Shown: piece by piece, positions 24,320 through 36,164 of the stretch | How the letters are laid out: every line of letters starts with the position of its first letter | Numbering within the stretch: the first letter of the stretch is position 1 | Source of the DNA: Octopus bimaculoides | Lineage: Eukaryota | NCBI RefSeq assembly: GCF_001194135.2 | Contig: NC_068983.1 | Coordinates: 63,371,003 to 63,418,279, forward strand | Direction of reading: 5' to 3' | DNA: 47,277 nt | Position numbers and translations under genes: made by a program | The notes under the pieces: generated by a model | Database searches by the model: none | What the model saw: the letters and a program-made list of their open reading frames with translations, nothing else | What the model was told of the DNA's origin: nothing

Positions 24320-24890
24320 AATCTCTTAATAAAATCTGTTTTGGTTGGTTCTAAACAATTTGTTTTGCCAGAATTGCTTAATCCATTGTTCAAGCCTAGT
24401 TAGCTTTGCTTTTTTTGCAAGTATGCACTGCTTCAATTCTTCATTTACAACATTCAGGCCTTTTGTATCTACACCATACTTCATCCTAACTTTTTCGAAT
24501 TTACACTCATTCCTAAGTTCTCCATTTTTTTTTCCTGACAAGTATGGACACTGCACTGTTCAAGGAAGGAGTTTATATCTTCTGAAATTCTTCATTTCCA
24601 CCAAAGCTGTATTTTCCTCTTCTATCCATCGCTGTTCTGTTCTCAGTAGTCTTCAATCCCACCCTTTCCACCACAATCCTACTAGCAGCCTTGATAAGAT
24701 TATTTGTTGGTTGATGTTCTTTGTTTCAATGTGTCTCAACACATTATTAACTTTACTCGTCCCTTGATATAATCTCTATTGGTTAGCCTTCTTAAAGTCA
24801 CACATAAACTCTGTCTCTTCTGTATTCAATAGATCCAATATCTTGTCTATTATTAATAAATCATTATTGTTTGAGTAGTCACTGATCTCA
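24320..24890 (-). pseudogene. R4/Dong-clade LINE ORF fragment (region upstream of RT)
   Basis: VVNEELKQCILAKKAKLTRLEQWIKQFWQNKLFRTNQNRFY resembles the Dong/R4 motif EELKQRI.AKA.KL.RY..R..QY.QN.LF..NQ..FY. Confidence 0.75.
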
Positions 24891-24939
24891 TTCTTTCACA
24901 GTTCACAGTTTAAAGGGTATCTATTATTATTAGAAACCT

Positions 24940-25045
24940 TGCCAAATCAGATTGGAGCCTGGTGCAGCCTCCTAGCCTGCCAGTTTTCATGCAAACCATC
25001 CAACCTATGCCAGTATGGAAAACGGATGTTAAACGATGATTATTA
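24940..25045 (+). mobile_element. Short 3'-end copy of the RTE tail; others at 34345-34415(+) and 44880-44925(-)
   Basis: ccaacctatgccagtatggaaaacggatgttaaacgatgat matches the reverse complement of the RTE 3' end at 36165-36230. Confidence 0.75.
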
Positions 25046-25046
25046 C

Positions 25047-25082
<36 letters not shown>

Positions 25083-25458
25083 GAAGGCAACATGATGGTA
25101 GAATCATCAACATGCTAGACAAAATGCTCAGTGGCATTTTGCCTATCTTTGCATTCTGAGTTCAAATCCTGCAAAGGTCTACTTTCCCTTTCATCCATTT
25201 GGGGTTGATGAAATATGAACCAGTTGAGCACTGGAGTTGATGTAATTGATTTTCCCCCACCCTGAAAATTTCAACCCTTGTGCTTATAGTAGAAAGGAAA
25301 AAGAGGACCACCACAGTCACACCTCCATCATTTAAAGTAGAGTAATTACATCATAATATACAAAAGTAACTTTATATAATTAGAGAAAATCAAGATAATA
25401 GGGTAAATGTCATAAATATTTGAAGATAGTACAAATTTCAATGCAGCTGCACTCATAC

Positions 25459-25560
25459 CTTTAAATATTCCACGTTGACTGTATCAAGGGCCTTCTCAAC
25501 AGATTTCTCAACCAAAGTTAATTTTTCCTTATGTTTGTTTGTCAAGAAAAGGATCTGCAG
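25459..25560 (-). CDS. M1AP: M1AP coding exon 4 (102 nt, 34 aa; LQILFLTNKHKEKLTLVEKSVEKALDTVNVEYLK)
   Basis: Long poly-T acceptor ttttttttgttag and donor AAG/gtatgag, phase 0/0. Not in the supplied ORF track; resembles human LEITILTSQPGKEVVKQLEEGLKDTDL. Confidence 0.88.
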
Positions 25561-25999
25561 CTAACAAAAAAAAAAAAAAAAATAATTTGAACTTTTTGAA
25601 GAGAGCAATATATCTTTCTCAGAAGTGACACATTCCAGTTACAGTTAAGCATAGATAGTCAGTGCTCAAATGAATTTAAAGTTGGAAATGGAGTGCAACA
25701 GGGAGAAGTTCTTTCAGCTTTCATTTTCTCTTAAGTATATTATACAACAATACATTGTTGAAAACAATCAATGATAGAAGAGAAGAAATTGAATAAATTT
25801 AAAGAAACTATTTGGCAAATTTTGATTATGCTTATGAAATTGCTTTGCATAGTATTGAAACATTAATTACAAAAAGAATGATATACGTGACACTGAATTT
25901 AACAATAGATCTAAGAATCAAGCAATAAGAATGCTTTCAAATATGTGCAAATCACTACAGATTAGCAATTCATAAAAAAAAAACATTACTCATAAAATA

Positions 26000-26870
26000 A
26001 GTTCTAAGATATGGAAGAGAGTCAAGGCATAGCCATGAAACTACAAGTTGTATCCAAAAGTACCCACTCTTATTCAGATGATATTGCCTTTCATTTTTGT
26101 GCCATCTATATGCAATCTAGACACCACAAAACAAATCTGCATATATACTACATAACAGACATCCAAAAACGATCCTCCAAGAAAACATCATCATATCACA
26201 TACACCCTGCCTTAAATATGAGCAGAATACAATTAGAACCCTCACAACTGCTTCAAATATCAGTCACCATTTTTACAAAGGATCTCTCCTGACAAATGCA
26301 TTTCCTTAAAATAGTTAGGATTGTATATCAAAGACTGGCTCCTGACATGAAGTTCAGAAAATGCTTCACTTCATGACAATTACTGACACTCTACATAGCT
26401 CAGGAGAAGCCCACAATGAAGTATATATCCTATATCTGAGACAGTATTGCTACTACATACAGATCCAGAGGAAAGCTACCTCATTGATTAGCATAAAGTC
26501 ACTCACAGACACTCTACAACTTCTGGCCCACAAACATGCTATTTCCCCTCTCTGCCTTATCTACCAATACTATGGCCTTTGCTACCCAGAGCCAACTAAG
26601 CTTGTGTCACTTACATTCAGGTACTCCTGACTCAGTCATCTCCTTTTATTGTCCATGTTGTGTTGAACCCACCCAGGTTCCAGACTAATCACTACATTCA
26701 GTACTTCCTCTGATTAGAACATCAACCCTCTGAATTATCTACCCTGTTCATGTTTTCCCTGAAGCGGTCAACTTGCAAAAGTCGAAGTAAAATATTAATG
26801 GCATCAATCTAACTAGTCTCAGAAGGCCTCCAAAAGATGCCTACAAAGATCATAGGCACTGTCTCTTTCT
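26000..26870 (+). pseudogene. CR1/L2 (Crack/Jockey-like) LINE C-terminal fossil
   Basis: QLLTLYIAQEKPTMKYISYI* and IQRKATSLISIKSLTDTLQLLAHKHAISPLCLIYQYYGLC resemble the LLTLYKAQIRPxLEYCSHIW and QRKA...LAHRRxVASLxLFYRYY motifs. Confidence 0.65.
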
Positions 26871-26874
26871 CCAC

Positions 26875-27280
26875 TATCATCATCATCATCATCATCATTG
26901 TTTAACAGTAGCTGGCCAGGCAGAAGACTCACCAGACTTCTGTGTCTGATGGCTTTTATGGCTGGATGTCCTTTCTAACACCAAATACCCCAGACAGTGG
27001 AGTGAGTGCTTTTTACGTGGCACCAGCACAGGCAAGGTCAGTTGTGGCATGGTTTTTGCAGCTGCATGCCTTTCCAAATGCCAACCACTTTACAGTGTGG
27101 ACTGGATGTTTTTTATAAGGCACCAGTACTGGTAGGGTCACCAAGTAACTTGCAAGACAAAGAACCTTTGAGAGGAAGCATTGGAGGAGGTGATCTTGTG
27201 TCAGATGATAAAAGGTTAGTGTGTGACAGAGAGACAGAAACAGGTGTCTTGATGTAGAGGAGGTGCACGGTTACCCAGAG
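26875..27280 (-). mobile_element. RTE 3'-UTR-related short element with (GAT)n tail
   Basis: (CAT)n-(t)gtttaac start and gtgctttttacgtggcaccagcac motif are shared with 36165-36320. Confidence 0.65.
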
Positions 27281-27805
27281 AGAGAGAGAGAGAAAGAGTA
27301 TACATGTATCTTATCTATAAAAGGCAGATTTTCTGTGTGTGTGTGTATGTTCAAAATTCATACATTTACACAATTCCAAATTTCTTGGATTAAAGAATCA
27401 CAATTAATATTCTAAATACAATTTGTTAGGTCACTGCATCATTTTTTCACTCAAAATAATTCCTAATAACGAATGAAATCCATAAAACTACACAAATAAA
27501 CATTTTTCCCTAATAAAATCTAATTTCCTTTTTCTACAAATCCTTTCAACTCCTACTTTCTCTTATGAACCTTTATGAACAATCCAACAAGAAATACAAA
27601 AAGAAAGGAAGGAGAAACACTGACAGTAAAAGAAAACTATTTCAGTATCAAAACTGAAACAATCACATTTCGATACTGTAATGACAGATACTAAAACTAC
27701 ATACAAAATTACTTTGTCATAAATGTTAACTTTACATAACTTCTCATAAATTGCTTGTATTACAATGATCAAGTCAAAGTATTTTCATGTGATGTATCTA
27801 ATTAC

Positions 27806-27988
27806 TTGGAGAGATGCATTCTTAAATTGCTGGAACTGTCGTGCAATCTCAATGAATGCTTGTGATAGCGTCCGTTCCCTGTCTTCTAAGTGCTCCTTAC
27901 AGCCAAGTTCCGCCATCTGTTTTAATTCATTCAGACAATATTGTATTCTCAGAAAGTTTCCTCGTACACTTATCATTGGTAATAATAT
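27806..27988 (-). CDS. M1AP: M1AP coding exon 3 (183 nt, 61 aa; ILLPMISVRGNF...QQFKNASLQ)
   Basis: Acceptor tctgttttacag and donor CAA/gtaatt, phase 0/0; VRGNFLRIQYCLNELK resembles human VKGNFARLQTCISELR. Confidence 0.92.
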
Positions 27989-30900
27989 CTGTAAAACAGA
28001 TAGAAATTGATGCATTAAAATTATAACCTCTTAAATTGCCAAACATTATAATACACCTGTCTTCCCGAACTATTAAAGAATTTAACCAGTACATCACTAT
28101 CTTCAATAATATTGTCACTACACTATATTTTGTTATTTACATCTAGATTTCTTCAGCCATAATCTGTGAAGTGTTGTAGACAAACAGATAGCTTCAGTCA
28201 CAAAAATGTTACATTTTTTTCATTATTTAAGAGCATATATAATCAAAGAATAGTACTCTTGTGTATAAGTGCAATTCACTATACAGTGTTGCTCATTTAT
28301 TTAGTATGAAGCCAAGCCATTACTATATACACAAAAATTGCTCATTCATCTGGTATGAAGCCATTACTATACATACTCTGCTAGGTAGCCTTGATATGGT
28401 CATCGAGTAGAGTAGTCAGTTTTCACTTACCAATATGTTATAAGTCCACCATCAAGCTATGTCATCCTTCTATCTCCTCTACTACTGCTACTACAATCCA
28501 TGTCTTTCTGAACTGACTAGGCTGCACACAAATTAGATGCAAAACTCAGTTTTGAAATGTATTTGAGACACATGAACACTTTTTCACACATTGTAATATG
28601 CATAGCTGACATATTAGTCATACATTATTTAAAGATCCTAGTAAGTTAATAAACCTTAACTTTGAACACTGAATAGTAAGACACCTATCTTGGTGTTACC
28701 TCTACTGTCAATAGTTCTTGGTTGTTGATGAATATGGCTAACAACGTGGCCATCAATATAAAGTCTATATCCAATCCTCCAGATGGATAAATTTCAGTAT
28801 CTGCAATTTGTTTCTGTGAATTGAGATGAACCAAAACTTACATAAAGCAAATTTAAGTTGTTATTTGATATGGTGATTACAACTGATTTTATTACATATA
28901 TTTTGAACTTCTGTCAGTTTCCATAATACTTTAGAAATATTTTACTATGCATTTATTGATTATATAATACAAGTATACTGTATGAATATATATATATATA
29001 TATATATATAGCAAGCATGTAAAAAAACAGATATAACAGACGATGATATATTTCTTCATATTTTCTGCTGAATTAACTGTTTGGAACACTATTGATATGG
29101 AAGATAAGGACCTTAGTATGAAATTTTAGTATCTGAAACAAAAACAAAAAAAAAACAAAAAATACAAAGCAATGGAAATTCACAAAAATAGAAGCAGAAG
29201 TAGATTATCCCTTTTTTTAAAGATTCTTTGATACAATTCTCAGGTGAATTTTATTTCTATATTATTCATTAATCAGATTTCGTTCCACACCAATAACACA
29301 CATCTAAAAGACTGGTATCTTGAAATAAACTTGCTTATATTATGATTGTTGTTTTTCTTATGGATAAAATCAATAGAGAAAAATAACTTTTTTTTAAAGA
29401 AATAACATACACTTTTGTACAGTGTGTGGGATGTATTAATATGTTGTTTACAAAAATCCTTATATTTTGTAAGACATAAAATGAAGTAAAATGTCTATCA
29501 TGCAAAATAAAATGGAAATAATTCATTTATCTAAGATTAAAGGAGTTGAGGATTATGAATAAAGATTGCTTTCAGACTATAAGTACAAAGGTGGGAAAAA
29601 AATCTAAAACATGACTCACATGTGAAGTAAGAAAGCTATATACTTTCAACACATATCTTTTTGAGGTAAGTATTCTATTGAATATACTCAAATAAAATGT
29701 AGTTTCAAAATTACCCTTAGTAGCATAAATAACATCATGAATTTTTAATTAAGTTTATTTCTCTCTTAATGCATTTTAAATATATAATGCTCTTATATTT
29801 CAGCCAGCATTAGAATGTTGAAATAGATTAAATGTACAAAAGAATTTTGGAAATTCACATCAGTTCTTTGCCTCTTGCCATTGAGTTCTATATTTCCTAT
29901 CTAATTAGCTTTCTTCAGATACTCATCCATGTGAGATGGAGTCTGCTACATTGATTTGTATCTTCTACTACTTCAATTTCCTTCTTCTAAAGTCTCATTC
30001 CTCTTCTTCAACCTTCACCACCTTTTTATGAGCTCCCAATATACTGATTTAAAATCCTGGCACAAGGCCACACATTTGTAGAGATAGACAATAATTAATT
30101 TAATCGAATCAAAACAGTACCAGTATTTATTGTACAGACCCCAATACTTTACTACACACTCAAGTAAACTTCTCCACTTTGAATACAGACCACAAAAGAA
30201 CTGAACTAAATTTACCAAAGCCAACAGAATGAAAAACCATTGTTAAATTTAGTAGGAATTGAACTCAGAACATGAATGAATATTAGTAAATATTGATTTT
30301 TAGAATTAGCATAAGGCCACAAAATTCAAGGAAGTTGAGTAAATCTTTTTTAGTACTTGGGTGGAACTTCATTTTAACAACTCTGGAAGGGTGAAAAGCA
30401 AAGTTGACCTCTGTGAGATTTGAATTCAGATGCCAATTTATCAAACCCTTTAATTACATTGTTTCTAGATATTTTGTTTATAAGAATCTTTCAATCCATA
30501 TCTAATGATTCTCAAAAAGAATTTTATATTTTATTCATAACTCTGTGCTTGGCAGTTAATTATTTATTACTAAGTATGAAGCTATGATTTACAAGAAATT
30601 CTAAGAGATTTTAATAACAGAAACCAAAAGATCATAGGATACAATAGCAGCTCAAGAGTTCCATTTTAGTGTAAAAAGCAATATGTGGAGCATATTTGTT
30701 TCGTATTAGTTGTTGTTTAGCTCCAAATCAAAGCTCTGATTAAGCAAGTCTGTGATCAAAAGTATCCTACATCCTCTCTTTTAGGGCATGTAGGACTACA
30801 TTATCTTATGTATCATTCCTTTAAGACAGTGGAGATGTAATTTGTAAGAATTTATTTGTTATTTCGAGCAGGTTGAGCTATCACGTAAAGGATTCTCAAG

Positions 30901-31259
30901 AAGAGGAACAATGTCTATTATAACTTATAAAAGTTTTCCCAGAGAATTAAGATAAGCAGTTCTTCAAAGTCTGTTTAGTTTGAATATCAACCAGACAACA
31001 AATGCAGAAAAGATATAAGTAGAAATAATTCCAAAGAATAAATTGAGCAAAGTGTTTCAGAATTTTCTGGGTGTGATATCATAGATATGACACAAAGAGA
31101 AGAGATGTGTGAGCCAAATGGGCGAGATGGAATGGATACATAGTTTGCTAGAATAAATGGATAGAAACAGGAAGATGATTAGACAATAATAATAATGAAC
31201 AGCAACAACAATTATTATCAGCATACTGCTATTCATTATGTCAATGTGTGTACGTAATG

Positions 31260-31471
31260 TATATGTTACTGTTAAAGTATATAATTTAGTTATTTCATGG
31301 AATAACTTGATATTTCATGAATTACCTGGCTGAATCAGTTAAAGTGTATAAAATTATTACATTCTACAATGTAATAATTTTATACACTTTAACTGATTCA
31401 GCCAGATAATTCATGAAGTACTTAGTTATTCCATGAAATAACTGAATTATATACTTTAACGATAACATATA
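31260..31471. repeat. 212-bp near-perfect palindrome: 104-bp arms and a 4-nt loop (CTAC, 31364-31367)
   Basis: The arms pair throughout with a handful of mismatches; AT-rich with TA-containing ends; lies in an M1AP intron. Confidence 0.93.
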
Positions 31472-31747
31472 TATTTTTTACATTTCTTCTTCTTTCTTTC
31501 TTGACAGACACTTATCAACTATTTCAAGTTTCACTTGAGAAAAAAATGAGGGTGGAGAGGGAAGTTCAGATGCTCAGCAAATTTGTTAAAAATGAATGTG
31601 AGTCATAAGCATGGTCTGAATGAACAGGCATCCTATGTGCCTGTAGATAGGAGATTAACAACTAAGATAGGACTTTTGGTTTAGTGGTTTGAGCGACTAT
31701 GGCTTTTGTGGAGTTTCCATTTTAAGGAAATTTTTTATTTCTGTATA

Positions 31748-31990
31748 TCAGGTCATCCCATAAGTTCTGTCCAAATTTTGAATAACGAAAACAAGTGACC
31801 AACTGTTATATTTAATTGAAATGTAATCATCAATGTACTTTCCCTGATTATCTATGACTTCCTTTCATCTATTTACAAGCTTTTTAATCCCATCAATGTA
31901 ATACTCTTTTGGTTTCAAAGTGAAGAACTCTGAAATGTTAGTTTTGATCTCCTCCTGGCTTGCGAAAGTTATGTCCCCCAAATGATTCTA
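31748..31990 (-). mobile_element. Mariner 3' end fragment with TIR
   Basis: TA followed by TIR tcaggtcatcccataagttctgtcc; minus-strand NHLGDITFASQEEIKTNISEFFTLKPKEYYIDGIKKLVNR*KEVIDNQGKYIDD is a mariner C-terminus. Confidence 0.85.
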
Positions 31991-32401
31991 TTATAAGTAT
32001 TTATCACCATGCATAACTCTTAATTCAGGCTGCGTGAATGTTATGATGAATTATACATACCAAGACGCTGAACATGTGTTTAATGTGTGCATGTATGTTG
32101 AAGATATGGATTTGTATTCTTTTGACCATTACATAAAAAAATGCACAGTTTCATCAATACAGAAATAAATTTAACAAGTTGAAAAAACATGAAGTAAAAG
32201 GAAATAATTTCTACATTAGTTTATTTATGTACATCTGGCATTATAGAACAATTGGAAAGTAAAGTCATTTTATCGTAGGGAATCATGACTTAAAATTCAC
32301 ACTAATTAATCTTTCATACCAACTACTAGAGTTCACAACAATTCAATCTTGTTGGATTTGAGTATTGAATATGGCATAAAGATTAGCCGATACTCAAAAG
32401 G

Positions 32402-32528
32402 GTGAGTGTCGTGGATTTGATTGACAATCAACGATCACTTGAGAGTGAGTGTCGTGGATTTGAGTGACAGCCCAACGATCACTTGAGAGTGAGTGTCGTG
32501 AATTTGATTGACAACCCAACAATCTCTT
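32402..32528. repeat. 43-44 bp minisatellite, ~2.9 copies
   Basis: Unit gtgagtgtcgtggatttga[t/g]tgaca[a/g][t/cc]caacgatcacttgaga starts at 32402, 32445 and 32489. Confidence 0.9.
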
Positions 32529-35270
32529 CAGAAAGCATGTTACATTCCTCACAATTCCAAACAAATCTAAGTACTCAATGATTCATGAATGTACCAAAAT
32601 AGGTCCAAAAAAATATTGCAATTTCAAGATATGATAATTATTAAAATATTTAAGTTTTCAAATCTGAAATATATAAAATTTACTCAAAAAATCACTATTG
32701 TTATAGTGAGAATCCTGTAGATAGATCTGAACAAGCAGATATTTACACAAGGATTAGCAATTGACAATTTAGTAACCAACAAACACATCACTTTAGATTA
32801 ATTTTAGACTTCCATGTTAACATCTTTATTAAGAAATGGATCTTCTTTCCAGAGAAACTGAACTCTAACCAATTTTCTGTTAAGTAAATTGAAACTTGTA
32901 AATTAAAATGAATTATCCATGTACATAATATTGGTTTCAGGTTTTGACATAAGGCCAGCAATTTTGTGGGAAGGGATAAATCAATTACATTGGCCCCAGT
33001 GCTTAACTGGTACTTATTTTATCAACCTTAAACAGATGAAAGGCAGTCATCCTTTGAACTTAGAAGGTAAAGTTGGAAGAAATGCTGCAAAGCATTTTTC
33101 CCCATGCGCTAATGATTCTGCCAGCTTACTGCCCTATCCAAGTACATAATATCACAATATTAAGTATACATTCTAATTATTATAATTATTCTATACATCA
33201 TACAATCATATACACACTTGAATATTAGAAACAAGCTTACTACATAAGACTCATTTCTAAACCTTAAAAATAAATATGATTAATGTCTAGAAATGAATAT
33301 TATTGATGTGCTTTTAACTTTTAAAAATACAAAACATACTTAAAAATTAAAGTTTAATGGCCAACTTTCAAAGAACTATTAGTGTTCAAGTCTTTTCCTC
33401 TTTAAGATGTGTGCTAATATTTGTTGACTCATCATTTATTGCGTTACATTACATTATACAAAATTTTTTCAAAAGATATTCAAAATAATATGAAATCTAT
33501 TAAGACTTTTAGTAGGGTTCATTTCTGGTGAAATTTTCTTAATTCATTTTGAAAATGTCTCTATCTCTTATCATTCTTTATCAAAATACATTGTGTTAAG
33601 CTAATTTACAAAACCTGAAAGTACAATTTTAGATACTTAAACCTATTATATTATACATGCTACTCCACTGCTTCTGCCTCTAATAATAATTCCACCTTTG
33701 GATAATAAATAAACTAAAAGGAAAATTTACAGTGAACTTGAGTTTATTGAACAAGAAATATGAAAATTACTACTAGACTAATGTTGCCTCCTATGATGGA
33801 TATTTTAAAAAGTGATGCTAGTATTTTTGTCTAAAAATATGAAACTTAGAATAGACAATGTTCTCTGACAAAATTGATGAAAATGCATTTAGCTTTGTGG
33901 AGAGACAAATATAGCATTATTGAATCAACTGATTTTAAAAGTATGTTCCCAAGGATGACTAGAAAATTCAATTTTTATTTAATATGTCCTTCAAAATTAT
34001 ATCATAAAATATTTTAAATTTTATTCTATCAAGTTTTCCTGTGTCTTCTTTTTTGTATTTTGGTTCATATAAAATGATTTAAGTTTTGTTACCTATATTT
34101 CCAAAAATATACTCAACATTTGTATGCATTTTTTTCTATTTATCTTTTTCAAAATAAAGATACTCCTTTAAAGATGAAATAATTTTTCTAACAATAATTT
34201 TTTTGTCATACTTTAAAAAATGTTTTAATTTCTCTAAATAATTGAGAATTTTTAAATATATAAAATGAAATAGTATTCAAGTATTTGTAAAAAATATCCA
34301 TGTTTATATATAAGTCCTGCAATAAGTGAATAAATTAAAGCTTGTCCTCTGGCTTGCCAGCTCTTGTCAAACCATCCAACCCATGCCAGCTCATGGAAAA
34401 TGAACATTAAATGAGAATGAGGAAACTCTAGCGTTTGAGATGTCTTCTATGTTTTTACTAAATAGTTCTTATATACTGATGACTAGAAATATTAGCTTTT
34501 CCAATACGAACTCCAAAAATTTGATCATAGATATATTTTTTACATTCTAGAGATAATAGTGCTAGGCTTAAAATATAATTGTAGTGTTTGCATGAGATTC
34601 ACTAAAACTCCATTTTCCAATGAGGTTTTAAATTAAAATTAGGCATGTTCAACCTTTTTTAAATGTTCTTATCTTTCTTATACTTGTCTTATCTATGTTT
34701 TAAATCTTTATTAATTGCTGATTTCTCTTTTTAATTTCTTTATCTTACAGAATAAATATCTAATCTGAAATTGAAAATATATTTACATGGCTTTATTCAA
34801 TGTAGCTAATCTAATAACACGGTTTTAATGAGGTTATTGTATTACTGTGAAGAGCAATTGAAAATTCTTTGAAAATATGCATAACTAATTACACAGAACA
34901 GGGATGGGAGAGAAAGAAACTTCTTCAAGGAAAGGAGAGAAAAGTTCATTCTAAGGTACACTTGGAATTGTTGAGAAAAGTTGGTATTTTTATTTTAAAA
35001 TTCTTTTATCATTATTTATTGTTGATCACCCACATCAATAAACACCATTTCAGAAATTATATAAACTGAAATTAAACATATTATATCTCTTTCTTTTTTC
35101 CCATTCATTTTTATTTCCAATCTCAACTGAAAGACCTAATTAATGATTAAGTATAAGTGTACAGATTACCTATGGACATATACACACATGCATCTGTGTG
35201 TAGGTAATATATTACATGTATATGTACATATATAAAACACAACACACAATATAATATACATTAATATATG

Positions 35271-35317
<47 letters not shown>

Positions 35318-36013
35318 TATATATATATATGTATGTATATACATATATATATAAGGTGTATACCCAAATATAAAATTATTTCTTATATAAATACATATAT
35401 ATATATATAAAACACACACATGCATATATATTTATGTATATGTATATCATATACACTACATTTACTATATATCACGAACTGGTGGATACTGTAAGTTTCT
35501 GAATATACCATCTTTGAACTCATGAGCAAAAACACTCTATTGTACCAGTCTGATATTTAGAAGCCCTCAATTTTTCAACTGCCTACCACCTAAAAAATGT
35601 ACATATAGTGTCTTGAATCATGCTATATGCTGGATGCATTGCTTTACTCTCTGGACCTGACTTTTGCATCATATACAATGACTTCTGTGTTACAGAAACC
35701 ATTGAGCAGATATGCAGTGTTATCTCTACATGAGCAACAGTCACTAGTGCTATGTGTGGACTTATTCAAACAAATACTCTTCCTGTTAGCCATGCATTTG
35801 AATTAACCTTAAGTTTGTATTTATTAAATAGCTTTCTATATTTAACTTATGTGTGGGTAGAAAATGGACCTAACATTTAGAGAGAAAATTATTTAATAGG
35901 CACATACTTAAGGTTTCCGTCAATAATACAGTCCACATAAAGAGTATCCTTTCACAGAACTCCACTCTTCAGTACTGATAACAAATGGTGGCTATAACAC
36001 TAGGAAATCTGTC

Positions 36014-36046
<33 letters not shown>

Positions 36047-36070
36047 TATGATGGTGTAAATGATTTAAGA

Positions 36071-36160
36071 TAGTGGTTCCCAACCTGTGGTCTGCAGACC
36101 CCTGGTAGTCCACAAATGTAGTACTGGAGGAGTCTGTGAACTAATTTCAAAATTTCTTAT
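36071..36160 (+). mobile_element. hAT-type terminal fragment
   Basis: tagtggttcccaacctgtggtctgcagacccctggtagtccac resembles the typical Charlie/Tip100 end (cagtggttcccaacctgtggtccgcggacccctgggggtcc); cut off where the RTE tail begins. Confidence 0.6.
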
Positions 36161-36164
36161 ACAC

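Noticed and set aside
27309-27360. Possible Helitron 5' end (tcttatctataaaaggcag...gtgtgt)
   Set aside because: It is too short, with no matching 3' hairpin-CTAG or coding sequence nearby.
28700-28800. Exon-like minus-strand segment (ag...DTEIYPSGGLDIDFILMATLLAIFINNQELLTVE/gt)
   Set aside because: Its only open frame needs a phase-1 entry, but the upstream M1AP exon ends in phase 0. The direct 39657-27988 join already matches M1AP without a gap.
34476-34510. CTGATGA core followed by a short CTA/TAG stem
   Set aside because: There is no GAAA in register and no stem I or III.
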